Notes under the pieces: generated by a model
What the model was told of the DNA's origin: nothing
The model's database searches: none
The model's input: only the letters and a program-made list of their open reading frames with translations
Shown here: in pieces, positions 22,460-32,264 of the stretch
How positions within the stretch are numbered: position 1 is the first letter of the stretch
How the letters are laid out: each line of letters begins with the position of its first letter
Program-made: the position numbers and the translations under genes
Sequence record: OQ025076.1
Source: Escherichia phage vB_EcoP_YF01
Length of the DNA stretch: 64,000 nt
Strand: one strand, 5' to 3'

Positions 22460-22807
22460 CGCTTATACCGATAAGAGTACTATATAGTATAAGTATCTTT
22501 GGTAGTAGATATAACACACTAGTAATGTATGTATTGTATAGCTGATAAAGTTATTGCAGGCTTGTATATTGGGCAATTCACAGAATCCCTTGCAAGTACC
22601 GAAGGGCAGGAGCCACCTGCGAGATAAAAATAGAGAATTAAGGAATCCTTGATTTAGGTTGTAGGGACTCCTAGGGACTTTGATTCTCTATTTAAAAGAA
22701 TATTAATTACTTATTACCTAAATAATTAACTAACTTACTTAAACCAAATTCAATGAGAATAGATAAAAAGATTATTCCTAAGAAAGCTAAGAAGTAAAGG
22801 ATGTAAG

Positions 22808-22972
22808 TTACCATTCAAGTAGACCTTTAAAGTTAGTTTGTTCTACTATCCTCTGATAGCGAAGATTAGAATCAGCTTGTTTCTTTAACATCTCATTATA
22901 TTGATCTCTGATAGAGTCTTTATAAACTACAGGTTCTTTAAATAATAAGATCTTGTTCTTTTCTTCTTTCAT
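22808..22972 (-). CDS. Hypothetical protein
   Basis: ORF in track (22808-23056); start trimmed to internal ATG to limit overlap with upstream gene. Confidence 0.3.
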   Translation of the reverse strand: MKEEKNKILLFKEPVVYKDSIRDQYNEMLKKQADSNLRYQRIVEQTNFKGLLEW

Positions 22973-23441
22973 CGAAAACCTTCCTAATCTCTTGCAGAGA
23001 AACAGCTTTATAATTAATTTGCTCCATTGATGTACAGAAATATCTCCAATCATCAATTACATGATTATGGGTATGAGCATAAATATTAAACTTCCCTCTC
23101 ATTTCATCAGCGTGAATAGGAATATGAGTTACCCAAAACTCTTTATATTTATAATCACCAGAGATTCTACGGAAGACTTTCATCATATCAGGGAGAAGTT
23201 CTAATTTGTCATGATTCCCCAAGACCAGATGTTTCTCTCCTTTTACTTCAGCGATGATATCAAGGGCATATTTTTCAAACACCCAATCACCAGTAAAGAA
23301 GATTTTATCTCGCTTAGTTACGTGATCAAATGCAGCTAGAATTGCTTTGTCATGTTCTTCGATGGTTTTAAATTGCTTACGAAAACTACAGATGTTGCGA
23401 TGACCTAAGTGACCATCTCCTGCAAAATAAACTTCAGCCAT
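22938..23441 (-). CDS. Metallophosphoesterase (calcineurin-like phosphatase)
   Basis: Motifs GDGHLGH, GDW, GNHD, HTHNH. Confidence 0.7.
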   Translation of the reverse strand: MAEVYFAGDGHLGHRNICSFRKQFKTIEEHDKAILAAFDHVTKRDKIFFTGDWVFEKYALDIIAEVKGEKHLVLGNHDKLELLPDMMKVFRRISGDYKYKEFWVTHIPIHADEMRGKFNIYAHTHNHVIDDWRYFCTSMEQINYKAVSLQEIRKVFDERRKEQDLII

Positions 23442-23450
23442 AAAGACCTC

Positions 23451-23924
23451 TTAAATTGTTAATTTGTGATCTTCCTCCGCTCTGTTTCTAACAGAGGCGG
23501 CTTCCTTTAGGGTTGAGAAGGTTCCTAGGTATTTAGTTTTACCTTTAATGTGTATATTGGCTATGTACTTCCCTCTTGAATTGAGGTATACACCCTTAGC
23601 CCCGGATGTGTTGTTAGAGTTCAAACCCTTGTTCCAAGAGTTATTCTCGTTGTTAACTTCTCTAAGGTTGCCTATGGAATCATTGGAAGGGTTTCGATCA
23701 ATGTGATCTATTTGATCTTTAGGTAAAACACCATTAGCAAAATACCAAATGATGTGGTATCTGTAAATGGCTCTTCCTTTCAATCGAATAAGCACTCTTC
23801 CATCCTTTTTTGAAGTTCCTGCCTCATCACCCCGCCTGCATTTTGTTCCATTGTGAATCCTCCAGAAAACTTTCCCAGATGATAAATCACAAACAAAGAA
23901 CTCATCCAGAAGATCTTCTATCAT
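23451..23924 (-). CDS. HNH homing endonuclease with AP2 DNA-binding domain
   Basis: HNH_3-type motif IDHIDRNPSNDSIGNLREV plus AP2-like GAKGVYLNSRGKYIANIHIKGKTKYLGTF; ATG 23924 in ATGA overlap with upstream stop. Confidence 0.7.
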   Translation of the reverse strand: MIEDLLDEFFVCDLSSGKVFWRIHNGTKCRRGDEAGTSKKDGRVLIRLKGRAIYRYHIIWYFANGVLPKDQIDHIDRNPSNDSIGNLREVNNENNSWNKGLNSNNTSGAKGVYLNSRGKYIANIHIKGKTKYLGTFSTLKEAASVRNRAEEDHKLTI

Positions 23925-24136
23925 ATCATGCAACCATCACAAGTTAAATCTCCGAGAAGGGACAGTGATAACAAACGAGACTGCTCATCGCTATACAGTT
24001 GATCAATCTCTTCTTTAAGTTTTGCCAACTCAATGAAATTGATAAGTTGACCATGTTCAAGACAGTCTGTTTTTAGTATAAATAAAACTTCAGCGTCTGT
24101 TGAATCTTCACTTGAATATTTATCAATGTATTCCAT
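23921..24136 (-). CDS. Hypothetical acidic protein
   Basis: ATG with AGGAG SD; translationally coupled to downstream HNH gene. Confidence 0.45.
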   Translation of the reverse strand: MEYIDKYSSEDSTDAEVLFILKTDCLEHGQLINFIELAKLKEEIDQLYSDEQSRLLSLSLLGDLTCDGCMI

Positions 24137-24291
24137 TTTTACTCCTATTAATTATGACCAAGATTTAACTTTTACTTCGACGTATGTTTTAACTTCACCT
24201 TTCAAGACTTCCTGAGAAGCATTTGCACTTTCCTCAGAGTGATGTACAACGGTGATCTCTTTCTTTCCAATCTTATAAGTGTGAATCCAAA

Positions 24292-24459
24292 TCATACTTC
24301 TTCCTCATATTCCCAATTTCTTTCATAATACCCAGAGTTGTAGTTTAGGGCGCACTTCTCGGCCTCTTCTATGTCGTCAGTGTTTAGGATATTTACCCAT
24401 CCTCCAACTTCATCAAAACCTTCTTCTACTTCGTTAAACCATACACTATACTTTTTCAT
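24292..24459 (-). CDS. Hypothetical protein
   Basis: ORF in track (24292-24492); start taken at internal ATG. Confidence 0.3.
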   Translation of the reverse strand: MKKYSVWFNEVEEGFDEVGGWVNILNTDDIEEAEKCALNYNSGYYERNWEYEEEV

Positions 24460-24628
24460 CGAGAAGTTCTTCCCCAATCTTTTACATAGCATCGACCGTT
24501 AACCCACTTTGTCTCTGACTTAAATTCCTGAGACAATCTCACTTCACAGTCTTCTCTACTGGCATCTCCTCCGATATCAATCAGATACAGGAATAGAGCT
24601 ATACCTAAAGCCCAAAGAATTATCTTCT

Positions 24629-25021
24629 TCATCGAATCACCAAAGGCTCTTCAGAGTACACAGGAGCGGCTATTTCTACAGGAGGTGCTGCCCTAAGGTC
24701 ATTAAGTCTTACGCCCTTCAGCATACCGTCTAGGTGGTCCTTTTTGGGGATTCCAACAGGGAAGTCGTCAATCCAAATATCGACGAAGAAACCTAGCTGT
24801 CGACAGACCTCATCCTTCTGCACACCATTACAAAAGATAATAGGAATCTGCAAACACTCTGCATCAATCTTAATGTCGTGATTATCGTACCCATTAGGCT
24901 CTGCAAAGCGATAAGTTACAAAGCGTACATCGTAGCCCTTTTCTTGCATTAATGCCACCACAGAGCGCCACAGCTTTTTATCTGAGGTGTAAGTGTCATC
25001 GTAATCTAAACCAATATTCAT
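24629..25021 (-). CDS. HAD-superfamily phosphatase (nucleotidase-like)
   Basis: N-terminal HAD motif I MNIGLDYDDT and later WIDDFP; ATG 25021 with AAAGGA SD (track start 25039 is TTG). Confidence 0.6.
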   Translation of the reverse strand: MNIGLDYDDTYTSDKKLWRSVVALMQEKGYDVRFVTYRFAEPNGYDNHDIKIDAECLQIPIIFCNGVQKDEVCRQLGFFVDIWIDDFPVGIPKKDHLDGMLKGVRLNDLRAAPPVEIAAPVYSEEPLVIR

Positions 25022-25029
25022 GTCAAATC

Positions 25030-25062
25030 CTTTAGACAAGAAAAGCCGCCCGAAGGCAGCTT
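25030..25062 (-). terminator. Rho-independent terminator-like hairpin (minus strand)
   Basis: AAGCUGCC-UUCG-GGCGGCUU hairpin on minus strand followed by U-rich tract. Confidence 0.4.
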
Positions 25063-25253
25063 CTTATTTAACTGTTCACTTTAGCTTCAAGTGTTTCGTT
25101 TTCAATACTCAAGTCAATCACTACACCAGTAAGCTCAACGACTGCTTGGCGAAGGGCATCTTTACCCATAGAGTGTACTTGAGATAAGAAGAAAGCTTTA
25201 CCTTCTTCAGTGGATAGGGTTTCTTTTAATTCAGAAGCAGTCATTGATATTCC

Positions 25254-25448
25254 TTATGTTATGTTATAAATTCGCATGATTGTACCACCATTGGCTTCAA
25301 TAGCAGCAACCATTTGGTTTCGTTCTTCATCCGTGTAAACTAACACACTTCTAAACTCGCCTGTTGCATCAGTATAAAGGATGTTATATTTTGGAGGCGG
25401 TTTACGGTAAATACCTTCCATCACTCTTTCTCCTCTCGTTCTTTCCAC
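25254..25448 (-). CDS. Hypothetical protein
   Basis: ORF in track; compact gene spacing. Confidence 0.4.
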   Translation of the reverse strand: MERTRGERVMEGIYRKPPPKYNILYTDATGEFRSVLVYTDEERNQMVAAIEANGGTIMRIYNIT

Positions 25449-25604
25449 AGTTCGGCTAGCTCTAGATAGAACTCAGCCTCATCAGGACGACCTTGTTCAT
25501 TACAGATGGCGCTCTGACGATAACACCAATCCGATGGCATCTCTTCCACTTCAATCTCCTTGTTACGAACCAATCAATAAGAATAGTTCATTCGTCTTAT
25601 TTAT

Positions 25605-25799
25605 TCACTCTACCAATGCAGGTACTTCTATCCTTTTAACTGTGAATGTCTTGTTTGGAAACTTTCTAACTAACTCTGCTGCTTTGGTTATTGCTAAGTT
25701 CTCTGTCTCAAAGATACACAGTTGACCATTTAATGCTACGAGAGTGGAGCCACCACTGAAGACGGCCCAAGATTCATAATAACCACGAACACTCATCAC
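25605..25799 (-). CDS. Hypothetical protein
   Basis: ORF in track; ATGA-type coupling with upstream gene at 25796-25799. Confidence 0.4.
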   Translation of the reverse strand: MMSVRGYYESWAVFSGGSTLVALNGQLCIFETENLAITKAAELVRKFPNKTFTVKRIEVPALVE

Positions 25800-26164
25800 T
25801 CAACCTCAATACTATATAGAGTTTTCAGTGTATCTTTAATCCAAGCACGTCGTTTTGGATTCTTATGATGTGCCCCGTTTTCCCTATCTCTAAAATATTG
25901 ATCACATCCGAATGGGTATGTTGGGTCCAAAAACTTTTCTTGATTAAACATATTCTTCATGTCGTCAATATCTAAATGCTTTGTGAAATAGTAATACCTC
26001 TTATAACAGCGAAAGTTGAAGCATAATCCTTGATCTTCACTAAACCATTTTGGATAAATTCCAGTCTTAGTTATTTCATAATATTGGAGGAGGAAATCCT
26101 CCATCCCCCTCTCTTTAGCTAAACATCTCAATGTTCTGTAGATGATATTGGTTTCTTTCATCAC
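25796..26164 (-). CDS. Hypothetical protein
   Basis: ORF in track immediately downstream of DNA polymerase gene. Confidence 0.45.
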   Translation of the reverse strand: MMKETNIIYRTLRCLAKERGMEDFLLQYYEITKTGIYPKWFSEDQGLCFNFRCYKRYYYFTKHLDIDDMKNMFNQEKFLDPTYPFGCDQYFRDRENGAHHKNPKRRAWIKDTLKTLYSIEVE

Positions 26165-26169
26165 TCACC

Positions 26170-28014
26170 TTAGTGTGTATGCATCCAGTTAAGTCCAATC
26201 TGACAATCAGATGCCAGAGGACATTCCATATTCAGATACTCGCCAGCTTTCTTAACACAAAGCTCGGTGTGCTCTTTGAGTTTCTGTACATCATTACGGT
26301 TTACTGAGAATTGACCTTCATCGTGCATATCAATTACCTTAGCACAACGAACCTTATCTTTCTCAATCCACTTGTTAAGGAACATCATAGCATATTTCAT
26401 AACAACAGCACCAGCACATTGCAGGAGTGTGTTAAGGGCTTTATGAACCATAACCTTACCAGTGGCATCCCGTCTCATTGTAATCTTACGACCATCAACT
26501 CCAATCAAGTATCCTTGAGCAGCTTTCTCTGTCATACGATCAATGAGGATTGCAATACATGGGTTCTCTGCTAAGAAACGTGCTCTCATCACTGAACCTT
26601 CGTCAGCCCCACCACCTACAATTGAACCAAGCTTAGCATCGCCAGCACCGTAGTTGAATGCATAGATAAACGTTTTAGCGTTGTCACGAGTAGGAAGACC
26701 AGCAAGTTTCTGGTTGTGGGAGTGGATATCACCTTCAAGGAGAATATCACGATACATAATAGCAGAAGCTAAACCACGTTCTGCCAGAGCTTTCTTAGCT
26801 GGGTTGTTCTCTTCAATTGCCTCAGCAAGCATATCCCTACACTCTTTAATGAGGTAGTGAGCGAGCATACGAAGTTCAAGTCCAGAACCATCATACCCTA
26901 AGAATACTTCTTTACCAGCAGGTATGTAATATTTGTAAGCGCCTACAGGTTTGTCTTTCTTCCCAGGCTTACCTTTCTCGTAAATTACGTTAGTACCTTT
27001 TCGTATATAACAACCATCAGGAACAACGTTAGTAATAACGAAAGGACGAGAGTGATCACTGTCTGAGTTATAGTCAGACTCAAACAAACTGCGACACTCG
27101 TGACCAAACAGACCACGGGAGGGAATATTAACCACGATACGATGTTTGAATCGAAAAGTCGGCGTAGCGCAGCTGTTAGCTTCTGCCGAAAGTTTACCAT
27201 CTTCGCGTTCCTTTGCTATGAGTCCACTGATAAGACCTAGCCTGTGAGCCGCTACAACGCGTCTCTTAAGCAAACTTCCGACACTCCCTAGCTCACCCCC
27301 TAACCCTTCTTCAAGAGTCTCCTCGAGGTTTGTAGGAGCTGTAGGCCACTTGTTTGATGTGGCTAGTGCTTTCTTAATCTCATCAAACGTTACAGGATTA
27401 CGGCGATTAGGGTTCAACCCCAAACCAAATACGTAAGCCTTCATGTAATTCTTAGTCTTAAACCTGAAATGCTTTTCTAAGAACTTCTTAATATCAGCGT
27501 CAACCATCTCGGCTGTCTGCTTCTGCTTAGCATTGCCTCGCATCCAAGCAGTATACCATGCTTGGTATGTTCCATACTTTCTCATATCTTTCTTAATTTC
27601 GAAAGTATTCCAAGGCTTCTTAGATACGTTAAACTCTGGAGGAAGAAAGCCCTCATCCATAAGAGCTTCTTTAACTCGTGCATCTTTCGATGGGTCAAAG
27701 TCTACGTATTCGACACAGGTGAAAGCTCCACCAATATCTTCTCTCTTCAGCCCAACCCTATCACAATAGGCTTGAGGCCACTTCTGTAAAGCTCCAGACT
27801 TTTTAAATGGCTTCATGTAAGTAGAGCCATCTAATCTCATCTTAGGTAAGAGAGGAATCAACTCTCTGTCAATATTAACAATAATCTCTTTAAGGAGGTG
27901 AACATACCACCGAGCATTTCTTCGGTTGAAACTCACTCCGTGCTTTGCTTGCTTAGAGATTATATCAGCGACAGTCATCTCTGTCAAAAATGGAAGAGCG
28001 TCCGGGTTGCTCAC
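26170..28014 (-). CDS. DNA polymerase, family A, polymerase domain only (no exonuclease domain)
   Basis: Motif A LGYDGSGLELRMLAHY, motif B RDNAKTFIYAFNYGAG, motif C VIDMHDEGQF; GTG start with AAGGAG SD. Confidence 0.85.
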   Translation of the reverse strand: MSNPDALPFLTEMTVADIISKQAKHGVSFNRRNARWYVHLLKEIIVNIDRELIPLLPKMRLDGSTYMKPFKKSGALQKWPQAYCDRVGLKREDIGGAFTCVEYVDFDPSKDARVKEALMDEGFLPPEFNVSKKPWNTFEIKKDMRKYGTYQAWYTAWMRGNAKQKQTAEMVDADIKKFLEKHFRFKTKNYMKAYVFGLGLNPNRRNPVTFDEIKKALATSNKWPTAPTNLEETLEEGLGGELGSVGSLLKRRVVAAHRLGLISGLIAKEREDGKLSAEANSCATPTFRFKHRIVVNIPSRGLFGHECRSLFESDYNSDSDHSRPFVITNVVPDGCYIRKGTNVIYEKGKPGKKDKPVGAYKYYIPAGKEVFLGYDGSGLELRMLAHYLIKECRDMLAEAIEENNPAKKALAERGLASAIMYRDILLEGDIHSHNQKLAGLPTRDNAKTFIYAFNYGAGDAKLGSIVGGGADEGSVMRARFLAENPCIAILIDRMTEKAAQGYLIGVDGRKITMRRDATGKVMVHKALNTLLQCAGAVVMKYAMMFLNKWIEKDKVRCAKVIDMHDEGQFSVNRNDVQKLKEHTELCVKKAGEYLNMECPLASDCQIGLNWMHTH

Positions 28015-28030
28015 TTTATACTCCTTTAAA

Positions 28031-28453
28031 TTATTGGTAAAGTAAATCTGTAAATGCTTGGTTATCTTCTACTACATTCAACATGGTAGCTTCATCACTA
28101 TAAGCCCTAACCGTCCCGTTGACAACTGTCCAAGGAGGAGGTGGAGGTGGTGTATGGTTAGCCCTAGCTTCACGAGGTTGCTCTCGTACTAAATGAGCCA
28201 CAACCCTTTGGTTAGCGACTTCTTCTCTTTCTCTAATAGCTCTCTGGATGTAGGCCAGCTTCATGCCCCAAGCTTCTTCAAACTCTTGAGGGTGCTTATC
28301 ACTGATAACCACATACTGACGTTCAGGAATACCAGAGCGAATCTCTGATAATAATTCATGGAACAAATCTAGTTCGTGCTCAGTGAGATTCATTTCAATA
28401 TCATCCCACTTTAGAACTAGGAAACGGTTTTGGTGTCTAGCTGGTAATGGCAT
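28031..28453 (-). CDS. Hypothetical protein (poly-Pro segment)
   Basis: ORF in track; PPPPPP run; no recognised catalytic motif. Confidence 0.45.
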   Translation of the reverse strand: MPLPARHQNRFLVLKWDDIEMNLTEHELDLFHELLSEIRSGIPERQYVVISDKHPQEFEEAWGMKLAYIQRAIREREEVANQRVVAHLVREQPREARANHTPPPPPPWTVVNGTVRAYSDEATMLNVVEDNQAFTDLLYQ

Positions 28454-28456
28454 AAC

Positions 28457-28741
28457 TCAACCTCTTGGGAATGGCATCAAAAATTCCACAGCAGATTTAA
28501 TTTCATTATTGATTCTTGAATCACGATAAGAGATAAACTTACCTTTGCTATCACGTAACATCACATTAGTTCTGGCTGTTTTGTGAGGTAGTAATGTGAC
28601 ACTAGTTGGAATAGCATCAATCCCTACAGCGTATTTGTCAATAGTCTTACTTTCAGCCAACAGATAAGACCAAGTACGCGGTTTCTGCTCCGGGCGGTTA
28701 GGGTAGGTGTCCCGAATCTGAACCATAGCTAACTTATTCAT
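28457..28741 (-). CDS. Small protein, tandem paralog A
   Basis: Shares C-terminal pattern TARTNVMLRDSKGKFISY...PFP with 28743-28997. Confidence 0.45.
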   Translation of the reverse strand: MNKLAMVQIRDTYPNRPEQKPRTWSYLLAESKTIDKYAVGIDAIPTSVTLLPHKTARTNVMLRDSKGKFISYRDSRINNEIKSAVEFLMPFPRG

Positions 28742-28742
28742 A

Positions 28743-28997
28743 TTAAACTCCTTTAGGGAATGGGATGAGGTTTTCTACTGCAACACGGAAAGATTTTTCT
28801 ACGTTCTTATTCTTATAAGAGATAAATTTTCCATCAGCTCCGCGAAGGAGTACGTTAGTGCGAGCTGTATTTGGGTTTTGTTGAATCATAGAACGAATGA
28901 TGTTCTCTGAACCTCTGTGCTTATTGGTGAATTTCCAACTGATAATTTTACCGGTACGAGTTACATCAATGATATTTACGATTTTTACAATAGACAT
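28743..28997 (-). CDS. Small protein, tandem paralog B
   Basis: Pattern TARTNVLLRGADGKFISY...PFP; adjacent paralog. Confidence 0.45.
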   Translation of the reverse strand: MSIVKIVNIIDVTRTGKIISWKFTNKHRGSENIIRSMIQQNPNTARTNVLLRGADGKFISYKNKNVEKSFRVAVENLIPFPKGV

Positions 28998-29027
28998 ATT
29001 TATTACCTAAAAAGTTCAACTTGGTTT

Positions 29028-29060
29028 ATATAAAAGAAAAGGCCACCCATTTGGGTAGCC
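29028..29060 (-). terminator. Rho-independent terminator (minus strand)
   Basis: GGCUACCC-AAAU-GGGUGGCC hairpin on minus strand followed by UUUUCUUUUAUAU. Confidence 0.55.
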
Positions 29061-29076
29061 TCATATTACGATGAGC

Positions 29077-29571
29077 TTAAAGCTCCTTTAAAGCGTGAAG
29101 TATTGCTGTGTGGCTGACACCAAACAACTTACCAAGACCTCTAGAGCCGAAATCCCTAGAACCCTTCACATACATTTGTTTAACCTTTACAACATCTTCA
29201 GATGATAGTTTGGTAGCTGCATTATGGTCACGAGGCTTTCCAACATTCAAACCCGTATCAAATGCATGTCTCATATTTTCAGAAGGAGTCACCCATTCAA
29301 GATTCTCTATCCTGTTATCAGACTTAATTCCATTTATATGGTTTATCTCTGGATAGTTGTTAGGGTTGGGTATCAAATGTGTTGCTATAAGTCTGTGAGC
29401 TTTCCAATGCCTGCCCTCGAAAAAGATTCCTATATAACCCTTTCGGTTTATATGACCAGCTTCTTTGCCGGGATGGCTCTTGTTCCACTTACGACCTCTT
29501 TCTGTAGACGAAGTAAAGAAAAGCTTTCCAGATGTTTCATCATAAGAAAGCCAACTTCTAATAGGAATCAC
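29077..29571 (-). CDS. HNH homing endonuclease (HNH_3 type)
   Basis: Motif INHINGIKSDNRIENLEWVTPSENMRHA. Confidence 0.7.
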   Translation of the reverse strand: MIPIRSWLSYDETSGKLFFTSSTERGRKWNKSHPGKEAGHINRKGYIGIFFEGRHWKAHRLIATHLIPNPNNYPEINHINGIKSDNRIENLEWVTPSENMRHAFDTGLNVGKPRDHNAATKLSSEDVVKVKQMYVKGSRDFGSRGLGKLFGVSHTAILHALKEL

Positions 29572-29888
29572 TGACTCAGTGCTCCTTTTCGCTTAGCAGC
29601 TCCAGCTGCTTTTCCAGCTCGATCACCACTTTTGCCGCCGTTTGAACGGTTTGAGCTGACTGATTCAACACGTAAGTTGCTTGACGCATTAGAACCTCCA
29701 GACTTGACAGCTCGTTTGTGTCCAACATCTTTACCTCTGACAGCAGCTTTTCCATCGCGCTTTTCAACGATGCGACGTGCACGGTGGCGCTGAGCATCTC
29801 CGCTCTTGCTCCCAATTCCCGTTTCACCACGCTTGATCGCAGTCCTTCTTTCTTGTGCATAATCTCTCTTTCCTACATGATCTGCCAT
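29568..29888 (-). CDS. Basic low-complexity protein (K/R/G-rich)
   Basis: AAGGAG SD 7 nt upstream of ATG 29888 and TAATGTATA motif 37 nt upstream; ATGA-type overlap with HNH gene start. An alternative frame (29576-29860) also carries an ORF. Confidence 0.5.
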   Translation of the reverse strand: MADHVGKRDYAQERRTAIKRGETGIGSKSGDAQRHRARRIVEKRDGKAAVRGKDVGHKRAVKSGGSNASSNLRVESVSSNRSNGGKSGDRAGKAAGAAKRKGALSQ

Positions 29889-29924
29889 TTAAAACTCCTT
29901 AATATATCAGTGTACACTAAGGAG

Positions 29925-29933
29925 TATACATTA
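29925..29933 (-). promoter_or_regulatory. Putative phage-specific promoter element TAATGTATA (minus strand)
   Basis: Plus-strand TATACATTA at 29925-29933, 37 nt upstream of ATG 29888. Confidence 0.5.
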
Positions 29934-29944
29934 TAAGTTACTGT

Positions 29945-30682
29945 TTAAGCTTTCTTTTCCATTGCTTTAACAATCGCCTTACAGAAACCAGAACGAACAA
30001 TATCATCTGATTCACCATCTACAATCTCAGCAAACTCATACAGATCATGTTCATCAATAAAGTTAGTAGCCCAAGTTAGACCACTCTCGCGACCACGCAT
30101 ATCATGCTGGTTTGTATCACCCATACAGAACAATTGAGAGGTTTCTCCCAATCGAGTCATGATGGAGAAGGCTTCATCCTTAGTTGTGTTCTGGAACTCA
30201 TCTACGATAACAATGGCATCATTGAAAGAGCGACCACGGAGATATTCCAGAGGTACAAATTCAATGTTACCATTTCCGATTTGGCATTCATAGAATCCCT
30301 TACCGTATCGCTGAGTAATAACATCAATGATAGGCATCAGGTATGGTTCAAACTTCTCACGCATTCCTCCCGGAAGTAGCCCAAGAGAATTTCCCATGCC
30401 AACCGAAGGGCGACTCAGAATGATCTTCTGAATCTTACCGCTCTTCAATGCATCAATAACTGTGGAAGTGATTACAAAGGTCTTACCACAGCCCGCAGGA
30501 GCGTCTGTGAACACAACTTGCTTAGTCTTGATAGCGTTGAGTAGCTCAGACTGAAACTGGTTCTGAGGGACTACAGGCTTTGCTAAAACCACCTCTTCAA
30601 ACTCTCGCTTACCCTTACGAGTGACAAGTGCTTCCCGACGAAGGTCTTTCCGTGATTCTTTCCGTGATTGACGACGACTCAT
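29945..30682 (-). CDS. phoH: PhoH-like ATPase
   Basis: Walker A FTDAPAGCGKTFV and overall PhoH-like pattern. Confidence 0.75.
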   Translation of the reverse strand: MSRRQSRKESRKDLRREALVTRKGKREFEEVVLAKPVVPQNQFQSELLNAIKTKQVVFTDAPAGCGKTFVITSTVIDALKSGKIQKIILSRPSVGMGNSLGLLPGGMREKFEPYLMPIIDVITQRYGKGFYECQIGNGNIEFVPLEYLRGRSFNDAIVIVDEFQNTTKDEAFSIMTRLGETSQLFCMGDTNQHDMRGRESGLTWATNFIDEHDLYEFAEIVDGESDDIVRSGFCKAIVKAMEKKA

Positions 30683-30864
30683 TTACGCTCTCCAATTTCT
30701 TCGTAATGACATTCAGTAGTTAAACAATCTTTACAGATTGCTGTATAAACCCTGACGTTAGTAAATCGTTTGTTCTTCCCTTTGGTTGGAGAGCCTTTGG
30801 CAAGCTCTCTGATAACCTTGTTACTTAAGTGAAGGTTTGTTCCTTCACATTTAGAGCACTTCAT
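30679..30864 (-). CDS. Small zinc-ribbon protein
   Basis: CSKCEG...CKDCLTTEC Cys pairs; ATGA coupling. Confidence 0.4.
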   Translation of the reverse strand: MKCSKCEGTNLHLSNKVIRELAKGSPTKGKNKRFTNVRVYTAICKDCLTTECHYEEIGERK

Positions 30865-31180
30865 GGTTCATATCTTTATGAATCCTGTAAACAACTGTCG
30901 CCATACAAGCAACAGCCTCATTGTGTGGGAGATGCATCCCTGTAGAACCGTCCCAATCTTTGAACTCATTATCAAAGACTCCGGTAGGTTCTGGATAGAG
31001 GGCTTGCAACTCAACCAAATCGTTAGCAACTTGTTGCCATTTATCATCAGACCAGATAGGGTCATCCAACCAGTAATACAAATAGGAATGGATGATCAAT
31101 TGCCTTCTATGCCGATTGATTACTTCAGCGGGACTTATCTCACTTCCATTTGAAGTCCTAAATGTATTACTGTCAATCAT
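30851..31180 (-). CDS. Hypothetical protein
   Basis: ORF in track; motif IHSYLYYWLDDPIWSDDKW; no firm assignment. Confidence 0.45.
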   Translation of the reverse strand: MIDSNTFRTSNGSEISPAEVINRHRRQLIIHSYLYYWLDDPIWSDDKWQQVANDLVELQALYPEPTGVFDNEFKDWDGSTGMHLPHNEAVACMATVVYRIHKDMNHEVL

Positions 31181-31362
31181 TTCACAACCTTAAATTTGAA
31201 TGTTGTTGGGTGATAATAATGCAACCTGTTGATGGTGTGCTTGATTTCAAGGTATGTCCTACAGGAGTGGCACATAACATGAGACAAACCAGTAACAGGA
31301 TTGGTCTTAAAATTGATGATAGGCTTCTCTTTCTTACAGAAGCTACAGACTTTCTTTTCCAT
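31177..31362 (-). CDS. Small zinc-ribbon protein
   Basis: CSFCKK...CHSC motifs; start trimmed to internal ATG (track 31177-31431). Confidence 0.35.
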   Translation of the reverse strand: MEKKVCSFCKKEKPIINFKTNPVTGLSHVMCHSCRTYLEIKHTINRLHYYHPTTFKFKVVK

Positions 31363-31576
31363 CTTTTCTCCAGTGGTCAACGAATTGCTGAAACACTTTA
31401 TGGTCGAATGTGAAACCGCGAGCAATCCCACACTCTACGAAAGTAGAAGGCATATAGTCTACATCATCTTTAGATGTATGACCATAAACTTGAATAAGCT
31501 TTTTAATCTTATCCTTCTCTCTTCGAGGAAGCATTCTAAATGCCTCCTGAATATCTGTAATATGTTTGATTTTCAT
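31343..31576 (-). CDS. Hypothetical protein
   Basis: ORF in track. Confidence 0.4.
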   Translation of the reverse strand: MKIKHITDIQEAFRMLPRREKDKIKKLIQVYGHTSKDDVDYMPSTFVECGIARGFTFDHKVFQQFVDHWRKDGKESL

Positions 31577-31592
31577 CAGAAAGCCTCTGATA

Positions 31593-32249
31593 TTAACTCT
31601 CCAAAGTTTTCTTCAGAGCTGCCCACGAGATTGGGTAGAGTTTAGCCATCTCTTCATCTAGAGATTTAGCAAACACTCGAACTTCATATTGAGCGTGAGA
31701 GGAGAGTCGCTGACGACACAACTCAAACCAGCCATACAAAGAACCGGTCCACACCCACTCAGTGATCATCCCCTGAGGAAGAACAAATCGAGCTTGCTCT
31801 GGTGCAATAAATTCAATCAACTTGTCATATGCTGCTAGAGAAGCTTCATATGAATCGTTAATCAGCATTAATGCTTCAGCTCGCTCTCCGTCGATGAGTT
31901 GAACCCCTGAACCTGCATGGAGGTCCGAAGGTCTCGCAAAAATCTCTTTAGGGATGAAGACTTCAACTGCTCCATCTTTATACCGCCGGGACATTTCGTT
32001 CCACGAGAATCCAACCTGATGCTTGCCCAACTGTCTCGCAATTGCAATAGGTGCTTTGCATCGGAAACTGACTTGCGGGTGTCGGAATGGGGTAACATGC
32101 TTCTCTCTTGCGAGAAAGTTGATGAGACGTTCATCACGTTCATTTAAATCACCTTCACGGGTTACGCCAAAGGAAACTCGAGCTGCGTTTACTACGCTAC
32201 GATCACTTCCCATAGCTTCAATTAATGTTGCTTGTAGTTGTTCATTCAT
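31593..32249 (-). CDS. thyX: Flavin-dependent thymidylate synthase (ThyX-like)
   Basis: Motifs VTPFRHPQVSF and ...SRRY resembling the ThyX RHR/S-x-R signature; ~218 aa. Confidence 0.65.
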   Translation of the reverse strand: MNEQLQATLIEAMGSDRSVVNAARVSFGVTREGDLNERDERLINFLAREKHVTPFRHPQVSFRCKAPIAIARQLGKHQVGFSWNEMSRRYKDGAVEVFIPKEIFARPSDLHAGSGVQLIDGERAEALMLINDSYEASLAAYDKLIEFIAPEQARFVLPQGMITEWVWTGSLYGWFELCRQRLSSHAQYEVRVFAKSLDEEMAKLYPISWAALKKTLES

Positions 32250-32264
32250 CCGTGAATATCCTTA

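Noticed and set aside
29576-29860. Alternative-frame ORF (94 aa) overlapping the basic protein gene 29568-29888
   Set aside because: The other frame has an AAGGAG SD at the right spacing, the promoter motif at the right distance, and ATGA-type coupling to the next gene; the two cannot both be full-length genes. Uncertain, kept as a note.
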